Shown here piece by piece: positions 59,578 through 64,000 of a DNA stretch of 64,000 nt (positions are counted from its first letter, which is position 1; each line of letters begins with the position of its first letter). The translations under genes and the position numbers were made by a program. The notes under the pieces are model-generated. The model was given only the letters and a program-made list of their open reading frames with translations, made no database searches and was not told where the DNA came from. Source of the DNA: Eutreptiella sp. 'Long Island Sound 2002' (taxonomy: Eukaryota > Protista > Euglenida); NCBI GenBank assembly GCA_964036045.1, contig OZ038378.1, forward strand, positions 14,818,001-14,882,000. The letters run 5' to 3'.

Positions 59578-62372
59578 GCGTCAGGCGAGTAAAAAGTCCT
59601 TGCGACGACACCGTGGCTCAAAACCGGCATCCAAGTAGCTCAAAACGACCGGGGAGCAAAGGCGCATCACCACAAACAAGTTTCGTGCCGTTTCGAGCCG
59701 TCTAGCCCGTTCTACGGCCGATTTAGTGTCCAAAAATGGCCGTTTTGGGGCTGTTTTCGGCTGTTTTCAGGACGATCGTCCTGAAATTTCAGGACGATCG
59801 CCGCTACGCCAAGCAAGTGTTTCCGATGAGGGCCGTTGTTCTTTCATGGCGATTGGGCTATCAAAGGATGACGAATGGGTGTTCAATAAGGCGTGTACCA
59901 CGCCGTGGTGCCACGCGGTGGTCCATTTTGAAGTGAAAATGAGCCGTTTTTGAGCCGTGTTTTAGCACAATCGTCGTGACCGTGGAGGTACATCCCTAAA
60001 GCAAGCGGTCTTTCTTCAACGGTGATTTCCAATGCGTTACGCAAGACTAGGACCCAGCTCGGTCCTAGTTCGAGTCTTGATTACCGAGCTGGGTTTACCC
60101 TGTCGAGGTTTTACACCACCTTTTAGGGTCCAAGGGTGAGCAGCACGTTTTAGCAGCAGCAAGCAGCAGCAGCAGCAAGCAGCAAGCAGAAGGTCCAAAA
60201 GTCCTTGTGACCACACCGTGGCTCAAAACCGGCATCCAAGTAGCTCAAAACGACCGGAGAGCCAAGGCGCATCAGCACAACCAAGTTTCGTTGCATTTTG
60301 AGCCGTCTAGCCCACTCTATGGCCCATTTGGTGTCCAAAAATGGCCGTTTTTGGGCAGTTTTTAGGACGATCGTCCTAAAAACTCAGGACGATCGCCGGT
60401 GTGTCAAGTGCGCATTTGCAATAAGGGCCGTTGTTCTTCCATGGCGATTGGGCAATCAAATGATGGCAAATGGGTGTTGAACAAGGCATGTACCATGCCG
60501 TGGTGCCACACGGGGGTCCATTTTGTGGTAAAAATGAGCCGTTTTTGAGCCGTGTTTTGGGACAATTGTCCTCACCGTGGAGGCACATCTCAAAAGCAAG
60601 CAGTTTTTCCTCCGAGGTGATTTCCAATGCGTTACACAAGACTAGGACCCAGCTCGGTCCTAGTTCGAGTCTTGAGTACCGAGCTGGGTTTACCGTGTCG
60701 AGGTTTTACACCACCTTTTAGGGGCCAAGGGTGAGCAACACGTTTCAGCAGCAGCAGCAAGCATCAGGCGAGTAAAAAGTCCTTGCGACGACACCGTGGG
60801 TGAAAACCGGCATCCAAGTAGCTCAAAACGACTGGGGAGCCAAGGCGCATCACCACAATCAAGTTTCGTTACATTTCTAGCCGTCTAGCCCGTTCTACGG
60901 CCGATTTAGTGTCCAACAATGGCCGTTTTTGGGCTGTTTTCGGCTGTTTTCGGGACGATCGTCCTGAAAACTCACGACGATCGCCGGTGTGTCAAGTGGG
61001 CGTTTGCAATGAGGGCCGTTGTTCTTCCATGGCGATTGGGCTATGAAATGATGGCAAATGGGAGTTCAATAAGGCGTGTACCACGCCGTGGTGAAAATGA
61101 GCCGTTTTTGAGCCATGTTTCAAGACGATCGTCCTGACCGTGGAGGCACATGTGCAAAGCAAGCGGTCTTTCTTGAAAGGTGATCTCCGATGCGTGACGC
61201 AAGACTAGGACCCAGCTCGGTCCTAATTCGAGTCTTGATTACCGAGCTCGGTTTACCCTGTCGAGGTTTTACACCACCTTTTAGGGTCCAAGGGTGAGCA
61301 ACAACTTTTAGCAGCAGCAGCAGCAGCAACAGCAACAACTAGCAAGCAGGCGAGTAAAAAGTCCTTGCGACCACACCGTGGCTCAAAACCGGCATCCAAG
61401 TAGCTCAAAACGACCCAGGAGCCAAGGCGCATCAGCACAAACAAGTTTCGTTGCATTTCGAGCCGTCTAGCCCGTTCTACGGCCGATTTAGTGTCCAAAA
61501 ATGGCCGTTTTGGGGCTGTTTTCGGCTGTTTTCAGGACGATCGTCCTGAAATTTCAGGACGATCGCCGCTACGCCAAGCAGGTGTTTCCGATGAGGGCCG
61601 TTGTTCTTTCATGGCGATTGGGCTATCAAAGGATGGCACATGGGTGTTCAATAAGGCGTGTACCACGCCGTGGTGCCGCGCCGTGGTCCATTTTGAGGTA
61701 AAAATGAGCCGTTTCTGAGCCGTGTTTCAGCACAATCGTCGTGACCGTGGAGGTACATCTGCAAAGCAAGCGGTCTTTCTTCAACGGTGATTTCCAATGC
61801 GTTACGCAAGACTAGGACCCAGCTCGGTCCTAGTTCGAGTCTTGATAGCAAGTAGCAAGCAGCAGCAGTAGCAGCAGCAGCAACAAGCAGCAACAGGCGA
61901 GTAAAAAGTCCTAGCAATGACACCGTGGCTCAAAAACTGCATCCAAGTAGCTCAAAACGACCGGGCAGCAAACGCGCATCACCACGAACAAGTTTCGTGC
62001 CGTTTCGAGGCATCTAGCCCGTTCTACAGCCAATTTAGTGTCCAAAAATGGCCGTTATGGGGCTGTTCTTAGGACGATCGTCCTGAAAGTTCAGGACGAT
62101 CGCCGGTGTGCCAAGTAGGTGTTCCCAATGGGGGCCGTTGTTCTTTCATAGCGATTGGGCTATCAAATGATGGCAAACGAGTGTTCAATAAGGCATGTAC
62201 CATGCCGTGGTGCCACGCGGTGGTCCATTTGGAGGTGACAATAAGCCTTTTTTGCCGTTTTTCAAGACAATTGTCCTTACCGTGGAAGCACATCTCCAAA
62301 GCAAGCAGTCTTTCCTCGACGGTGATTTCAAATGCGCGTTACACAAGACTAGGACCCAGCTCGGTCCTAGTT
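57594..62372 (+). repeat. Head-to-tail array of eight ~600-bp HINE-like units
   Basis: Unit starts at 57594, 58194, 58808, 59476, 60082, 60677, 61240 and ~61847 (head deleted). Each has 12-bp subterminal IRs ACCGAGCTGGGT/ACCCAGCTCGGT, a 9-bp stem ACTAGGACC/GGTCCTAGT and a variable CAG/CAAG microsatellite. Unit 3 has a 70-bp internal duplication. Confidence 0.95.
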
Positions 62373-62945
62373 TAGGTTATGCACCCTGCACTGAAACATG
62401 CACTGCACCACAAGTCCAACACACAGCCTGTCAATTGCTGACAACAACTCGGGGTTCAGGTCCATGCCCCTACCCGATGAATACGCTTTCTTGTTGCGCT
62501 TTTCGTCCCAGAATGTAACGAACCCCGGCACTGATATCCACTCCCACGTGACGCTGGCCGCGTCGCCCACCCTCCAGCGGTACACGATGCTGCATATGGC
62601 CAGGAACACCAGCCGGCCCCAGGCCCAGTGGCCCCAGCTGGTGGTGATCGTCTCGACGTGGTCCCATGTGGCGACCGGCTTAGGCTGTGCCCTGCGCGCC
62701 CATCCTTTACCAATCGCCCTGGCTTGCATCCAGTGGACCTCGGCAACCACCGCTTGGATGATGCGTAGCTTTTCCAGTAGTCGCACCCCTGAGATGAGTG
62801 CTGTCGCGCTTGACCCGCTCTTTCGCTTGGCTGCCAAGGCATTGAGCCTCCTCTCCACGGCGTCCACCAGGAGCTCGTCTGGTGTGCTGGCCAGCAGTGC
62901 TTGTCGCAGCGCGCTGGTGTACGTGTCCACCGACCCGGGTTCCAT
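62367..62945 (-). pseudogene. Tyrosine recombinase, N-terminal half (truncated after the catalytic R and K region)
   Basis: ...LVFLAICSIVYRWRVGDAASV...FVTFWDEKRNKK matches the YR box I (L-R-x-x-E/D-like) and the catalytic Lys hairpin. H-x-x-R and Tyr are missing, and the last ~35 codons are probably unrelated sequence. Confidence 0.7.
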
Positions 62946-64000
62946 GACCCGGATGGCTGTCGCTCCCGTGCTCGACCCTGAGTCGGTGTGCGTGAGCCTC
63001 CGGACATGCTGTAATGCCTCCCATGCATCGCGGACTGTGGGGGCCCCAGTGGGGACCTCCGGGCCCCCCCCGCCCCTTCACTGGCCCTCCCCTGCCGGGC
63101 AGGGGTCCTTGGACCAGTGCATATGGCCACATTTTATGCACGGCGTGGGGGGCGGCTTGCTGGTGTCGTACGCCACTCCTTTCGCCGACACCCAGAGCCT
63201 GGTGTCGCCGATCTGCTGGAAACCTCCAGTGGACCCCTTCTTGCCGCAGTCCGCGGCCCAGTGCCCGTCTTCGCCACACCGGAAGCACCTGCCCGGCTTG
63301 GCAGGCCGTCCTTCGCCATTAGCTCCCGTCTGTTGCTTGGGTGTCTGCGGGGTCTGCGCGTTGTGGTGCTGGACTGTCGCCCTACCATTTTGCTTCGCCA
63401 GGATTTTCTGGTGTAGCACGTTCCATACCGCCAACACGAACTTGTCCTCCCACCAGTTTTCCGCATTCAAAGGTCTCGTCTGCAGCTCTGCCACCGCGGA
63501 TGCCAGCGTGGTCATCCACTGGTATGGCAACGCCCTGCCCAGCATTTTCGCTATCTCCTCGTCGGTGAGCGCCGGGGCTGCCCGCGCTTTTGCCTTCTCC
63601 ATCTCGAGGGTGGCCCTGGCCAGCTTCGCCTCCAGTTCCACTATCCGTTGTTTGGCGGGCGTTTGATCTGCTTCCACGATGGCGTATGCATCTTTGACGA
63701 AGATTCCCGCGTCGAAATCGGGTCGCATGTGCTTCCGGCCGTGATACACTCCCATTGCCCTGATCAAATCCGCCTTGTCGGTGAAATCTCCTCCGACCGT
63801 ATCCATGAACTGCTGCAGCATCTCGTCCGACACGTCCTCCACCGCCAGCCACTCGTGCATGCCGATTTCCCATTCCGCCACGTTCATCTTGTAGGCTTCG
63901 CTCTGGAGTAATACCTTGTACGGCCCTGCTGCCCACTTCTTCCAGTCAGACCGCACCTGGTCCACCGCCTCAGTGATCATGTCTGCGGCTCTCTGGTCCT
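62470..64000 (-). mobile_element. TATE/VIPER-like tyrosine-recombinase retrotransposon, 5' part (gag then YR), 3'-truncated near the array
   Basis: Gag with a CCHC knuckle is immediately followed by a YR N-terminal half; gag-YR-(RT/RH) is the VIPER/TATE gene order. Confidence 0.75.
63078..63980 (-). CDS. Gag-like protein with coiled coil, CCHC zinc knuckle and a second Cys/His motif
   Basis: 300-aa intact ORF containing CFRCGEDGHWAADC (C-x2-C-x4-H-x4-C) and PPPTPCIKCGHMHWSKDPC. Confidence 0.85.
   Translation of the reverse strand: MITEAVDQVRSDWKKWAAGPYKVLLQSEAYKMNVAEWEIGMHEWLAVEDVSDEMLQQFMDTVGGDFTDKADLIRAMGVYHGRKHMRPDFDAGIFVKDAYAIVEADQTPAKQRIVELEAKLARATLEMEKAKARAAPALTDEEIAKMLGRALPYQWMTTLASAVAELQTRPLNAENWWEDKFVLAVWNVLHQKILAKQNGRATVQHHNAQTPQTPKQQTGANGEGRPAKPGRCFRCGEDGHWAADCGKKGSTGGFQQIGDTRLWVSAKGVAYDTSKPPPTPCIKCGHMHWSKDPCPAGEGQ

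Noticed and set aside
57826-61718. Repeated 60-80 aa ORFs in the array (MAVLGLFSAVF..., MSKNGRFGAVF...)
   Set aside because: They are by-products of the tandem repeat; starts and stops are not conserved across units.
57594-62372. ~600-bp unit as a euglenid SL RNA/5S rRNA repeat
   Set aside because: The unit length is suggestive, but I find neither a spliced-leader sequence nor 5S rRNA sequence on either strand.
57594-62372. CRISPR array
   Set aside because: The whole 600-bp unit repeats, there are no unique spacers or cas genes, and the context is eukaryotic.
62398-63666. 422-aa plus-strand ORF
   Set aside because: Antisense shadow of the gag/YR region with no recognisable features.

Overview
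Repeat-rich, intron-rich eukaryotic nuclear DNA. A euglenid/euglenozoan-type protist is the best guess (inference from TTAGGG-like tracts, TATE/VIPER-like retroelements and multi-kb introns). There is no prokaryotic operon, CRISPR array, rRNA or intact tRNA. The main host gene is on the minus strand: a bestrophin-family (UPF0187/YneE-type) channel split into small exons over about 34.5-56.1 kb. Further Ser/Pro/Gly-rich exons, including a 2.7-kb exon at 20199-22903, may form a very long disordered tail. Most of the rest is transposon-derived. (i) A LINE-like element at 1-3.2 kb with a near-canonical 2A/StopGo motif before ORF1 and a second 2A-like motif in the ORF2 leader. (ii) Four defective copies of a DDE_Tnp_4 (PIF/Harbinger/ISL2EU-like) transposon with GGGGG termini and 3-bp TSDs; its transposase ends in a B-box/piggyBac-CRD-like zinc module. 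(iii) Helentron/Helitron2-like non-autonomous elements: one copy sits in a telomere-like tract, a related family forms an 8-unit ~600-bp tandem array, and another family carries two convergent tRNA-like modules. (iv) TATE/VIPER-like tyrosine-recombinase retrotransposons; in the best-preserved copy gag and YR are in frame across a single UGA followed by a GC stem-loop. All calls come from manual reading and motif recognition; no database searches were run.
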